Positions 19,628-27,421 of a stretch of DNA of 27,577 nt are shown here, in pieces. Source of the DNA: Vibrio cholerae ATCC 14035 (GTDB lineage: Bacteria > Pseudomonadota > Gammaproteobacteria > Enterobacterales > Vibrionaceae). The notes beneath the pieces are model-generated. The model made no database searches. It saw only the letters and a program-made list of their open reading frames with translations, and was not told where the DNA came from. Both the position numbers and the translations under genes were made by a program. The stretch covers positions 1 through 27,577 of the forward strand of contig NZ_KK211324.1 in NCBI RefSeq assembly GCF_000621645.1, in the 5' to 3' direction. Each line of letters begins with the position of its first letter. Position 1 is the first letter of the stretch.

Positions 19628-20089
19628 ATGGATATCCGCAAAATCAAGAAGCTTATCGAGTTAGTTGAAGAGTCTGGCATCGCAGAACTGGAAATTTCTG
19701 AAGGTGAAGAGTCAGTACGCATCAGTCGTTATGGCCAACCAGCTCCAGCACCTCAAGTGCACTACGCAGCCGCTCCAGCGCCAGTGGCTGCACCAGCACC
19801 GGTAGCTCAAGCAGCCGCGGTAGCAGAAGCACCAGCAGCCGCAAAAGTGCCAGCAGGCCATAAAGTGCTTTCTCCAATGGTAGGCACTTTCTACCGTTCA
19901 CCAAGCCCAGATGCGAAAGCGTTTATTGAAGTGGGCCAAAGCGTTTCTGTTGGCGATACCCTATGTATCGTTGAAGCGATGAAAATGATGAACCAGATCG
20001 AAGCCGACAAATCTGGCGTTGTGACCGCGATTCTTGTTGAAGATGGTCAGACCGTTGAATTCGACCAACCGCTTGTTGTTATCGAATAA
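19628..20089 (+). CDS. accB: Biotin carboxyl carrier protein of acetyl-CoA carboxylase
   Basis: Begins [18 protein letters not shown], with an Ala/Pro-rich linker and the biotinylation motif EAMKMMN. The track start at 19499 overlaps aroQ and is rejected. Confidence 0.95.
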   Translation: MDIRKIKKLIELVEESGIAELEISEGEESVRISRYGQPAPAPQVHYAAAPAPVAAPAPVAQAAAVAEAPAAAKVPAGHKVLSPMVGTFYRSPSPDAKAFIEVGQSVSVGDTLCIVEAMKMMNQIEADKSGVVTAILVEDGQTVEFDQPLVVIE

Positions 20090-20103
20090 TCGAGGCCACC
20101 TTT

Positions 20104-21447
20104 ATGTTAGATAAAGTTGTCATCGCGAACCGAGGCGAAATTGCGCTTCGTATTCTCCGCGCTTGTAAAGAATTAGGCATTAAAACGGTTGCCGTGCACT
20201 CCACGGCTGACCGCGACTTAAAACACGTACTGCTGGCGGATGAGTCTATCTGTATCGGTCCTGCCAAAAGCATCGACAGTTACCTGAACATTCCACGCAT
20301 TATCTCTGCGGCGGAAGTGACGGGCGCGGTAGCTATCCACCCGGGTTACGGCTTTTTGTCTGAAAACGCGGATTTTGCTGAGCAAGTGGAGCGCAGCGGC
20401 TTCATTTTTGTCGGCCCTCGCGCCGAAACCATCCGTTTGATGGGTGACAAAGTCTCCGCCATCAACGCGATGAAAAAAGCGGGCGTACCTTGTGTACCGG
20501 GTTCAGACGGCCCACTGGATAACGACGAAGCGAAAAACAAAGCTCACGCAAAACGCATCGGCTACCCAGTTATTATCAAAGCCTCTGGCGGCGGCGGTGG
20601 TCGCGGTATGCGTGTCGTACGTAACGAAGCCGAATTGACCAAATCTATCCAGATGACGCGTGCGGAAGCGAAAGCCGCCTTCAACAACGACATGGTGTAC
20701 ATGGAGAAATTCCTAGAAAACCCACGTCACGTTGAAGTGCAAGTGATCGCTGACGGTCAAGGCAATGCAATTCACCTCGCTGAGCGTGACTGTTCCATGC
20801 AGCGCCGTCACCAGAAAGTGGTGGAAGAAGCACCCGCACCGGGTATCACTGAAGAAATGCGTAAGTTCATCGGTGAACGTTGTACCCGTGCGTGTATCGA
20901 AATCGGCTACCGCGGCGCTGGTACCTTTGAATTCCTGTACGAAAACGGTGAATTCTACTTCATTGAGATGAACACGCGTATTCAGGTTGAGCACCCAGTA
21001 ACAGAAATGATTACTGGCGTTGACCTGATCAAAGAGCAGCTGCGAATCGCCGCGGGTCAACCGCTGTCTTTCAAACAAGAAGACATCAAAATTCGCGGCC
21101 ATGCCGTTGAGTGTCGTATTAACGCGGAAGATCCAGAGCGCTTCCTACCTTGCCCAGGCAAGATTGAACGCTTCCATGCACCTGGCGGCATGGGTGTGCG
21201 TTGGGAATCACACATTTACTCTGGCTACACCGTACCCGCGCATTACGACTCGATGATCGGCAAACTCATCACTTACGGTGAGAACCGCGATGTGGCGATT
21301 GCTCGTATGCGTAACGCACTCAATGAGATGATTGTGGAAGGGATCAAAACCAATATCCCACTACAACAAGCTATCATGGCAGATGAGAACTTCCAGAAAG
21401 GCGGTACCAACATCCACTATCTGGAGAAAAAACTCGGCATCAAGTAA
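20104..21447 (+). CDS. accC: Biotin carboxylase
   Basis: 447 aa: [26 protein letters not shown], the ATP-grasp loop [10 protein letters not shown], and [14 protein letters not shown]. Confidence 0.97.
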   Translation: MLDKVVIANRGEIALRILRACKELGIKTVAVHSTADRDLKHVLLADESICIGPAKSIDSYLNIPRIISAAEVTGAVAIHPGYGFLSENADFAEQVERSGFIFVGPRAETIRLMGDKVSAINAMKKAGVPCVPGSDGPLDNDEAKNKAHAKRIGYPVIIKASGGGGGRGMRVVRNEAELTKSIQMTRAEAKAAFNNDMVYMEKFLENPRHVEVQVIADGQGNAIHLAERDCSMQRRHQKVVEEAPAPGITEEMRKFIGERCTRACIEIGYRGAGTFEFLYENGEFYFIEMNTRIQVEHPVTEMITGVDLIKEQLRIAAGQPLSFKQEDIKIRGHAVECRINAEDPERFLPCPGKIERFHAPGGMGVRWESHIYSGYTVPAHYDSMIGKLITYGENRDVAIARMRNALNEMIVEGIKTNIPLQQAIMADENFQKGGTNIHYLEKKLGIK

Positions 21448-21531
21448 GCCGCCGTTTTTACTCTCATCGCGCATAACCCAATCAATCATACCCAAACTAC
21501 TTGGATTGGCTGATTGCACTAGGAATACGAT

Positions 21532-21560
21532 AAAGCCCACTCCGGTGGGCTTTTTGTTTT
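21532..21560 (+). terminator. Rho-independent terminator downstream of accC
   Basis: Arms aaagcccac (21532-21540) / gtgggcttt (21545-21553) with loop tccg, followed by tttttgtttt. Confidence 0.75.
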
Positions 21561-21655
21561 GCTTTTTGTTTTAAATCCGCCCACTTTCTGGCCTGAACAT
21601 CAGTGGCAAATCTGCTACACTCTGCGCCAATCTAAACCCGATGAGATCTTAAGCC

Positions 21656-22543
21656 ATGCCTTGGATTCAAATTAAACTCAATGCGACCAACGACAATGCA
21701 GAAGCAATTGGCGATATGCTGATGGAAGAAACTGGTGCTGTGTCAGTCACTTTCCTCGATGCCAAAGATACCCCTGTATTTGAACCTCTACCGGGCGAAA
21801 CCCGCCTATGGGGTGATACCGATGTCGTCGCACTGTACGAAGCGGATATGGATACCTCGCTGATCCTTCAGCAAATCAAAGCCAGCAACATGCTGGCTGA
21901 AGGTTTTGCTCACAAAGTGGAGCAAGTGGAAGATAAGGACTGGGAACGCGAATGGATGGATAACTTCCACCCAATGCAATTTGGCCGTCGCCTCTGGATT
22001 TGCCCAAGCTGGCGTGAAGTGCCAGACCCACAAGCGGTGAACGTGATGCTCGACCCGGGCTTGGCTTTTGGTACCGGCACGCACCCAACCACCGCACTGT
22101 GCCTAGAGTGGCTGGATAACCTCGACCTGACTGGCAAAACCGTGATCGATTTTGGTTGTGGCTCGGGCATTCTGGCGATTGCCGCCATCAAGCTTGGTGC
22201 CGCAAAAGTGATCGGGATTGATATCGATCCACAAGCTCTACTCGCGTCCAAAGACAACGCTGCGCGTAACGGCGTGGAAGATCAAATCGAAGTTTATCTG
22301 CCAAAAGATCAACCCGAAGGCTTGGTGGCTGACGTGGTGGTCGCGAACATTTTGGCTGGCCCACTGCGTGAGCTTTCGCCCACCATCAAAGGACTCCTGA
22401 AGCCCGGTGGCCAACTGGCCATGTCTGGCATTCTGGATACGCAAGCCGAAAGCGTGGCGGAATTTTACCGTGACGATCTGGAACTTGACCCAATCGCAGA
22501 GAAGAGCGAATGGTGCCGCATTTCTGGCCGCAAGCTAGGCTAG
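21656..22543 (+). CDS. prmA: Ribosomal protein L11 methyltransferase
   Basis: 295 aa: MPWIQIKL N-terminus, the SAM-binding [13 protein letters not shown], and conserved placement before dusB-fis. Confidence 0.95.
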   Translation: MPWIQIKLNATNDNAEAIGDMLMEETGAVSVTFLDAKDTPVFEPLPGETRLWGDTDVVALYEADMDTSLILQQIKASNMLAEGFAHKVEQVEDKDWEREWMDNFHPMQFGRRLWICPSWREVPDPQAVNVMLDPGLAFGTGTHPTTALCLEWLDNLDLTGKTVIDFGCGSGILAIAAIKLGAAKVIGIDIDPQALLASKDNAARNGVEDQIEVYLPKDQPEGLVADVVVANILAGPLRELSPTIKGLLKPGGQLAMSGILDTQAESVAEFYRDDLELDPIAEKSEWCRISGRKLG

Positions 22544-22618
22544 ATAAGACTTTGCGGCCTAATTGACTGATAAATCGACTATTTGGCAAAACAATTTGCC
22601 AATGCTCAAATATTAGTC

Positions 22619-22655
22619 TTTTCAGGCATCAAAAAAATGCGTAAAATGCGCGCCC
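22619..22655 (+). promoter_or_regulatory. Candidate dusB-fis promoter with a GC-rich discriminator
   Basis: -35-like ttttca (22619-22624), a 17-bp spacer, and -10 taaaat (22642-22647). The -10 is followed directly by gcgcgccc, the GC-rich discriminator expected for a stringently controlled fis promoter. Pattern match only. Confidence 0.4.
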
Positions 22656-22682
22656 TTGCTGGTACGAAGCTGTGAAGACGTT

Positions 22683-23651
22683 TTGAAAATCGGAAATCAT
22701 CAACTTAAGAACAATCTGATCGTCGCCCCGATGGCGGGTGTCACCGACAGACCCTTTCGAGAGTTGTGTTTACGCTACGGGGCAGGAATGGCGGTCAGTG
22801 AAATGATGTCATGCAATCCTGCGTTGTGGAAAACGGCCAAATCGCAAAACCGCATGGTACATGAAGGCGAATCGGGCATTCGCTCAGTACAAATTGCGGG
22901 CAGCGATCCACAGCTGATGGCCGAAGCAGCGCAGTTCAGCGTTGAAAACGGTGCGCAAATCATCGATATCAACATGGGCTGCCCAGCCAAAAAAGTAAAT
23001 AAAAAGCTCGCGGGCTCTGCACTGCTGCGCTATCCGGATGTGATTGAAGACATCTTGAAAGCGGTAGTGAATGCAGTGAATGTGCCAGTCACACTCAAAA
23101 CCCGAACGGGTTGGGATACAGACAATAAAAACTGTCTCTCGATTGCTCAATTAGCCGAAGACTGCGGCATACAAGCACTGGCTCTCCATGGACGAACTCG
23201 TGCCTGCATGTACAAAGGTGAGGCGGAATACGACAGCATTAAAGCGGTCAAAGCGGCTGTGAGCATTCCGGTTATCGCTAACGGTGATATCGATAGCCCG
23301 GAGAAAGCACGCTACGTACTGGAGTACACCGGTGCAGACGCTTTAATGATTGGCCGTCCTGCCCAAGGACGACCATGGATTTTTCAGGAAATCCAACACT
23401 TTTTGGAACACGGCACCACAATGCCAGAACTTCCAATTTCGGAAGTGAAAGACATCATGCTTGGTCATGTAACCGCACTCCATCAGTTTTATGGAGAGTA
23501 CTTAGGCCCACGAATTGCGCGCAAACACGTGAGTTGGTACCTGCAAGAGCATGAACAAGCGAGTGCGTTTCGCCGTACCTTCAACGCCATTGAGACTGCT
23601 GACCAGCAACTCGATGCGCTCGAAGGGTATTTTGATAACGTTGCATCATAA
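22683..23651 (+). CDS. dusB: tRNA-dihydrouridine synthase B
   Basis: Collinear with E. coli DusB (IGxxQLxNxLIxAPMAGxTDRPFR ... [10 protein letters not shown] ... FDN). By alignment the start is the TTG at 22683 ([11 protein letters not shown]). The track start is the TTG at 22656. The start codon remains uncertain. Confidence 0.88.
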   Translation: MKIGNHQLKNNLIVAPMAGVTDRPFRELCLRYGAGMAVSEMMSCNPALWKTAKSQNRMVHEGESGIRSVQIAGSDPQLMAEAAQFSVENGAQIIDINMGCPAKKVNKKLAGSALLRYPDVIEDILKAVVNAVNVPVTLKTRTGWDTDNKNCLSIAQLAEDCGIQALALHGRTRACMYKGEAEYDSIKAVKAAVSIPVIANGDIDSPEKARYVLEYTGADALMIGRPAQGRPWIFQEIQHFLEHGTTMPELPISEVKDIMLGHVTALHQFYGEYLGPRIARKHVSWYLQEHEQASAFRRTFNAIETADQQLDALEGYFDNVAS

Positions 23652-23674
23652 TTAAGAGAAGAGCTAGACCGAAT

Positions 23675-23971
23675 ATGTTCGAACAAAATCTGACTTCAGA
23701 AGCTTTAACCGTTACTACCGTAACTTCACAAGACCAAATCACGCAAAAGCCACTGCGTGACTCTGTTAAAGCGTCTCTTAAAAACTACTTGGCTCAACTG
23801 AATGGCCAAGAAGTGACTGAACTGTATGAATTAGTTCTAGCTGAAGTTGAACAACCACTTCTGGACACCATCATGCAATACACTCGCGGTAACCAAACTC
23901 GCGCAGCAACTATGATGGGTATCAACCGCGGCACTCTTCGTAAGAAACTGAAAAAATACGGCATGAACTAA
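23675..23971 (+). CDS. fis: DNA-binding protein Fis
   Basis: 98 aa: MFEQ...LRDSVK...[29 protein letters not shown], essentially the canonical Fis sequence. Confidence 0.98.
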   Translation: MFEQNLTSEALTVTTVTSQDQITQKPLRDSVKASLKNYLAQLNGQEVTELYELVLAEVEQPLLDTIMQYTRGNQTRAATMMGINRGTLRKKLKKYGMN

Positions 23972-23997
23972 TTAACATTAGTTAACTAGCTGATTTT

Positions 23998-24033
23998 AAA
24001 GTCGCTTTTCATTAATGGAGAGCGACTTTTTTG
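23998..24033 (+). terminator. Rho-independent terminator of fis
   Basis: Arms aaagtcgct (23998-24006) / agcgacttt (24021-24029), followed by a T-run to about 24032. Confidence 0.75.
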
Positions 24034-24035
24034 TT

Positions 24036-24059
24036 ATATGTACCCCCATATGTACCCCA
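24036..24059. repeat. Tandem 12-bp direct duplication at the core/island junction
   Basis: atatgtaccccc (24036-24047) is followed immediately by atatgtacccca (24048-24059). It begins 3 nt after the fis terminator T-run. Confidence 0.7.
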
Positions 24060-24200
24060 GACGTTTTCCTAATTCCCCCTCACCATCTAAATCTTACTGA
24101 CAGACTTTTAAAGACCCATCGTTTAGAGCCTTTACCAACAAGCCTCCATTTTGTTCAAGCAAAAGCCGTCAAAGCACAATGATTAAGGTTAACCAAGTGA

Positions 24201-24320
24201 TCTAAGAGGATTCTAGAGGATTCTAGAGGATTCTAGAGGATTCTAGAGGATTCTAGAGGATTCTAGAGGATTCTAGAGGATTCTAGAGGATTCTAGAGGA
24301 TTCTAGAGGATTCTAGAGTA
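24201..24320. repeat. 10-bp tandem repeat array: 11 perfect units plus degenerate flanking copies
   Basis: The unit agaggattct repeats perfectly from 24205 to 24314, which is 11 units. A variant copy lies on each side (tctaagagga at 24201-24210 and ttctagagta at 24311-24320). Each unit recreates the palindrome tctaga. Confidence 0.95.
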
Positions 24321-24469
24321 AATTAGGATAAATAATCATACAAAACAACAACTAACAAAAACAAATCCATAAATAATTTATTCAATTTCGGCATCCAGAT
24401 CACTGAAATAACCATTACTAATGGGAACAATTAGCTACTTTGAAAACCAAATGAACACGGGTACTGTCT

Positions 24470-25105
24470 ATGTCATCACTAATTGAACGAGCAATGGTGA
24501 TTATCTCAGGATTAGGAAGTCGAGAACCTCTTCGTCTAGTTGAGGATCTTTTTTTAAGACCTAACACATGGAAGCGTTCTTGTAATCCTGTAGAGCGATT
24601 TGTCATTGAGACTGCTGATGCACTGGGCTACAGCCATGATGCTAGCTCGACAAACAAACTGTGCATCTCCTTAGATAGGTCCGACAGGTTTCACCAAATG
24701 TGCATGTTCAACCAATCATTAGATGAAGCGACCAAGAAAGAGCTGACGATTTTGATCAAGCAAAAATGGGCGGGTATCACTTCAAAGAAGCCACATACAA
24801 ACCGGGCTCTCGACGTCATCATTCCTATAGCAAAAGCGTTTTTTAGTCACCAGAGCAGTGTCATTGTCGCTATCGGTTTATTTGTAGAGCGTTTAGTTGA
24901 GCATGTATCTAAAATGCACCCCACTCCCCCTGCCCTAAAACCATTACTCCAACGTTCCGAGAGAAAATTAGCGGAAGGTTTGAGAGCGGTACTTGAAGGA
25001 GGGAGCTATTGTGAATCAAAAAGTGGCAAGGGCGCAGAAATCCTAGTTGATCAGTTTATTGCCTCAAAACTTATCGAATTTTACCCTGAACCCGCTTTGG
25101 CATAG
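24470..25105 (+). CDS. Hypothetical protein (orphan, no family recognised)
   Basis: 211-aa ORF and the only long ORF in this stretch. The SD is weak, and an alternative ATG at 24494 is possible. It is co-oriented with the downstream alpA-like genes. Confidence 0.5.
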   Translation: MSSLIERAMVIISGLGSREPLRLVEDLFLRPNTWKRSCNPVERFVIETADALGYSHDASSTNKLCISLDRSDRFHQMCMFNQSLDEATKKELTILIKQKWAGITSKKPHTNRALDVIIPIAKAFFSHQSSVIVAIGLFVERLVEHVSKMHPTPPALKPLLQRSERKLAEGLRAVLEGGSYCESKSGKGAEILVDQFIASKLIEFYPEPALA

Positions 25106-25171
25106 CGATCGACATGAATAATTAAAACCTCTATGGCAGCCTATATACGAACCTCAACCACGGAGCACAGT

Positions 25172-25405
25172 ATGACTGCCATAGAAAAACTCACCCAACC
25201 TAACCAACTCTCTTGTGACCGATTTGTCCGAGAAGCAGAACGTCGCCGTATCACCGCCATTTCACGCAGCCAAGCTTGGAAGCTTGAAAAAGAAGGTCGC
25301 TTCCCTCCTCGTATCAAGTTAGGTAGCCGTTCCGTCGTTTGGCGACTTTCTGACCTTACACAGTGGCTAGACAAACAAGCAGGCCAATATTCGGAAGAAG
25401 CATAA
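25172..25405 (+). CDS. alpA: AlpA-family (prophage CP4-57 regulatory / excisionase-like) HTH protein
   Basis: ISRSQAWKLEKEGRFPPRIKLGSRSVVWRLSDLTQWL matches the AlpA signature (xSRSTxYRLxxxGxFPxPxKLGxRxVxWxxSExxxWL). The ATG at 25172 is preceded by ggag with a 6-nt spacer. The track start at 25133 is less likely. Confidence 0.8.
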   Translation: MTAIEKLTQPNQLSCDRFVREAERRRITAISRSQAWKLEKEGRFPPRIKLGSRSVVWRLSDLTQWLDKQAGQYSEEA

Positions 25406-25626
25406 TGACCTTCGATCTCTCTCGTCAGTGTAATAAGGCGGCAATGCCACTACACATCATCAGCAAAAAAGAGCTCGCCAATCTGCTGCATGTCAATGAG
25501 CGCACAATCCATCGCATGGTCAAGGATAAGCGCTTACCTGAGCCTATGCGTACCGTAGGTGGCAATAATGGTGGATGGCTTCTAACTACAATCCTAGAGT
25601 GGCAAAAAAGTCAAAAAGGGCATTAA
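25405..25626 (+). CDS. Second small HTH protein (excisionase/MerR-like HTH_17 type)
   Basis: ISKKELANLLHVNERTIHRMVKDKRLPEP...WLLTTILEWQ resembles Xis-type winged HTH proteins. Its ATG overlaps the alpA stop (TAATG at 25403-25407), and ggaag lies 8 nt upstream. Confidence 0.65.
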   Translation: MTFDLSRQCNKAAMPLHIISKKELANLLHVNERTIHRMVKDKRLPEPMRTVGGNNGGWLLTTILEWQKSQKGH

Positions 25627-25638
25627 TCGCCCTTTTTT
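25613..25638 (+). terminator. Rho-independent terminator after the HTH gene pair
   Basis: Arms aaaaagggc (25613-25621) / gcccttttt (25629-25637) with a T6 run. It overlaps the stop codon. Confidence 0.7.
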
Positions 25639-25778
25639 ATATACTGATGTCCGCTTTAGGCCGGAATTGTCTATAAAAACACGAAGTTTCTAGATAAGCA
25701 CAAATGAGAACAACCCAGTAAAAACGCGGCACTGCGTGAAATACTGGCGACAAAGTTCGCAGGTATAAAGATATTGTT

Positions 25779-26429
25779 ATGAGAGCTCGCATCCTTCTTC
25801 ACCCGACTAAATCCAAACTAGCGCTTTACCGTCACGGTGATCAGGTGTATCAAATTTTCCACCGCGCAACAGGTGTTGATCAAAACATCCTCCAATCCAG
25901 TTTTGATTTGGCAAAAAGTTGGAGAAATCACTATTCCAAGTTTTGCGGGGTCATCCTACAACTTCACCAGAATCAGCCCAGTGACAACAACCAGCAATTA
26001 AGCACATTCCTCATCAAGCTGATGCAAGCTTTGCAGAAACATTACAACACGCCCAATATCGGTTACTTCTGGATTCGTGAACAGAGTGGCAGGGATAAAC
26101 AACACTATCATCTGGCCGTATTTATCAGTGGTCATTGCTGCCAGCACAGCGGCACCATAGATACACTCGCCAACACACTTTGGAAGCAGCAAGACGAGCG
26201 CAATTTTAGTTATCAGGTCAAAAATAGAATCTACAAAGTTAATCGCTATGGCTTCGATAAGGAATGGCCATCCCTGCTAACTCGACTAAGCTACTTCGCC
26301 AAAAACGACACCAAAAGCCGCAGCCCTTCGCGAAATAGCTACGGTCGCAGCCAGCTTTTGAAAACGACAACTCAAGCAAAAACACTGAAAAATGCAAAAG
26401 TGATCAGTTCCAGTGATCACTTTTACTGA
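25779..26429 (+). CDS. YagK/YfjJ (inovirus Gp2) family protein, candidate replication initiator
   Basis: The segment IGYFWIREQSGRDKQHYHLAVFISG matches the family hallmark remembered from E. coli YfjJ/YagK (YxWVREQ....HYHLLLLLNG). The SD is weak, so the start is uncertain. Confidence 0.65.
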   Translation: MRARILLHPTKSKLALYRHGDQVYQIFHRATGVDQNILQSSFDLAKSWRNHYSKFCGVILQLHQNQPSDNNQQLSTFLIKLMQALQKHYNTPNIGYFWIREQSGRDKQHYHLAVFISGHCCQHSGTIDTLANTLWKQQDERNFSYQVKNRIYKVNRYGFDKEWPSLLTRLSYFAKNDTKSRSPSRNSYGRSQLLKTTTQAKTLKNAKVISSSDHFY

Positions 26430-26537
26430 TCATCTGAACTGATCACTTTTAAACTGCGCAAATTTTACTGATCACTTCTGAAAATCATATTACAAACAAT
26501 CACATAAACAAAAACCATCACTACTGGTCACTTTTTT
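26401..26537. repeat. Iteron-like direct repeats with a TGATCA core (candidate replication origin)
   Basis: TGATCA occurs at 26401, 26414, 26427 and 26440, exactly 13 bp apart, and again at 26469. A degenerate tggtca lies at 26525. The longer consensus is (t/a)actgatcactt(t/c)t. An A/T-rich stretch follows (26481-26520). The cluster straddles the stop codon of the Gp2-family ORF. Confidence 0.7.
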
Positions 26538-26613
26538 CGTCACCGTTTCAAAATTAAAAAAGTACACATCGTGAGAGTGTATTTGCGCATTTTTAGGGGA
26601 TTTTGAGCCCAAA

Positions 26614-27309
26614 TTAGCGGCTTGAATAAGTAAACCTCATCAATTCAAAAGCAAGCAGAGCATGACCATTGGGGCAGAGATACTTCCGCTCTACACGCCC
26701 ACAAAGGTTGACCGATTTCTCTTGAAGTTGACCCGTTTCAATTTCGTCATGGCAGACAGAACAGCGTACAAGGCCGATATTGTGTGCAATTAAATCATCC
26801 GCCAAGTAAGAAAACCTCGACCACATTGGCGGCACATCGACAGGCTCTTGCAGCGACTCATCACGGCTTTGCACCCAAGCCAACAGTTTCCCCTCATCAT
26901 TGCCTTGTAGATGAGGCGATTGACGCAGTCGCTCAATTAACTGCTTCTCAAGCAAAGCGCTAGGAAAAATAAACTCACCGTAGCTGTTGTCACAAATCCC
27001 CTCTGGTTTAGGTTTATAGCTAACATAAGCGCCACAGGTTTTCAGTTCTCGATAGGCACGTTCCATTTCTCGGTAATAATCGGCACGATTAGCCGTAGGT
27101 TTCAGCCAATCAGCCCAATTAGGCCTGCCCTGTTTTACCCAACCAAACAGCATTAAAGGCCAGAACAACACCATAAACACAAAATGAAACCAGATGTCGC
27201 CTTTGTCCCACTGCCAATCATGCTTATCCAAGTGCCTGACCATCACCCACAGCAAGCCGCACGCCACCAGCGCAGCCCCAAGCAAATAACCCTGTAGTAG
27301 AATCATCAT
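26614..27309 (-). CDS. Hypothetical membrane-anchored protein with a C-terminal zinc-ribbon-like motif
   Basis: 231-aa ORF with a good SD (gagggg). It has two N-terminal hydrophobic helices (LLGAALVACGLLWVMV, IWFHFVFMVLFWPLMLFGWV). The C-terminus has CSVCHDE...(x)...LCGRVERKYLCPNGH (CxxC ... C ... CxxxH). No family recognised. Confidence 0.6.
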   Translation of the reverse strand: MMILLQGYLLGAALVACGLLWVMVRHLDKHDWQWDKGDIWFHFVFMVLFWPLMLFGWVKQGRPNWADWLKPTANRADYYREMERAYRELKTCGAYVSYKPKPEGICDNSYGEFIFPSALLEKQLIERLRQSPHLQGNDEGKLLAWVQSRDESLQEPVDVPPMWSRFSYLADDLIAHNIGLVRCSVCHDEIETGQLQEKSVNLCGRVERKYLCPNGHALLAFELMRFTYSSR

Positions 27310-27421
27310 ATCGCCCCTCTATTCAGTAAATTCAACATTTAATTCGCAATAACTTTCCTAACTTATCCGTCATTTCCATATCCGGCTCACTGATAACTCA
27401 AAGATTAAGCCTATATAAAAC

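Noticed and set aside
20713-21102. 129-aa - strand ORF inside accC
   Set aside because: It is antisense to the highly conserved biotin carboxylase gene.
21806-22589. Multiple - strand and out-of-frame ORFs overlapping prmA
   Set aside because: They are antisense to or out of frame with prmA, and none has a recognisable motif.
24418-24606. 62-aa - strand ORF at the start of the island
   Set aside because: It is short, overlaps the longer + strand ORF 24470..25105, and has no SD or recognisable motif. It cannot be excluded but is not supported.
25141-25374. 77-aa - strand ORF
   Set aside because: It is directly antisense to the alpA-family gene, which has a clear family signature.
26555-26590. 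Weak hairpin tacac/gtgta flanked by A and T runs, between the iteron region and the 231-aa gene
   Set aside because: It could act as a bidirectional terminator, but the stem is only 5 bp with a 9-nt loop. That is too weak to call.
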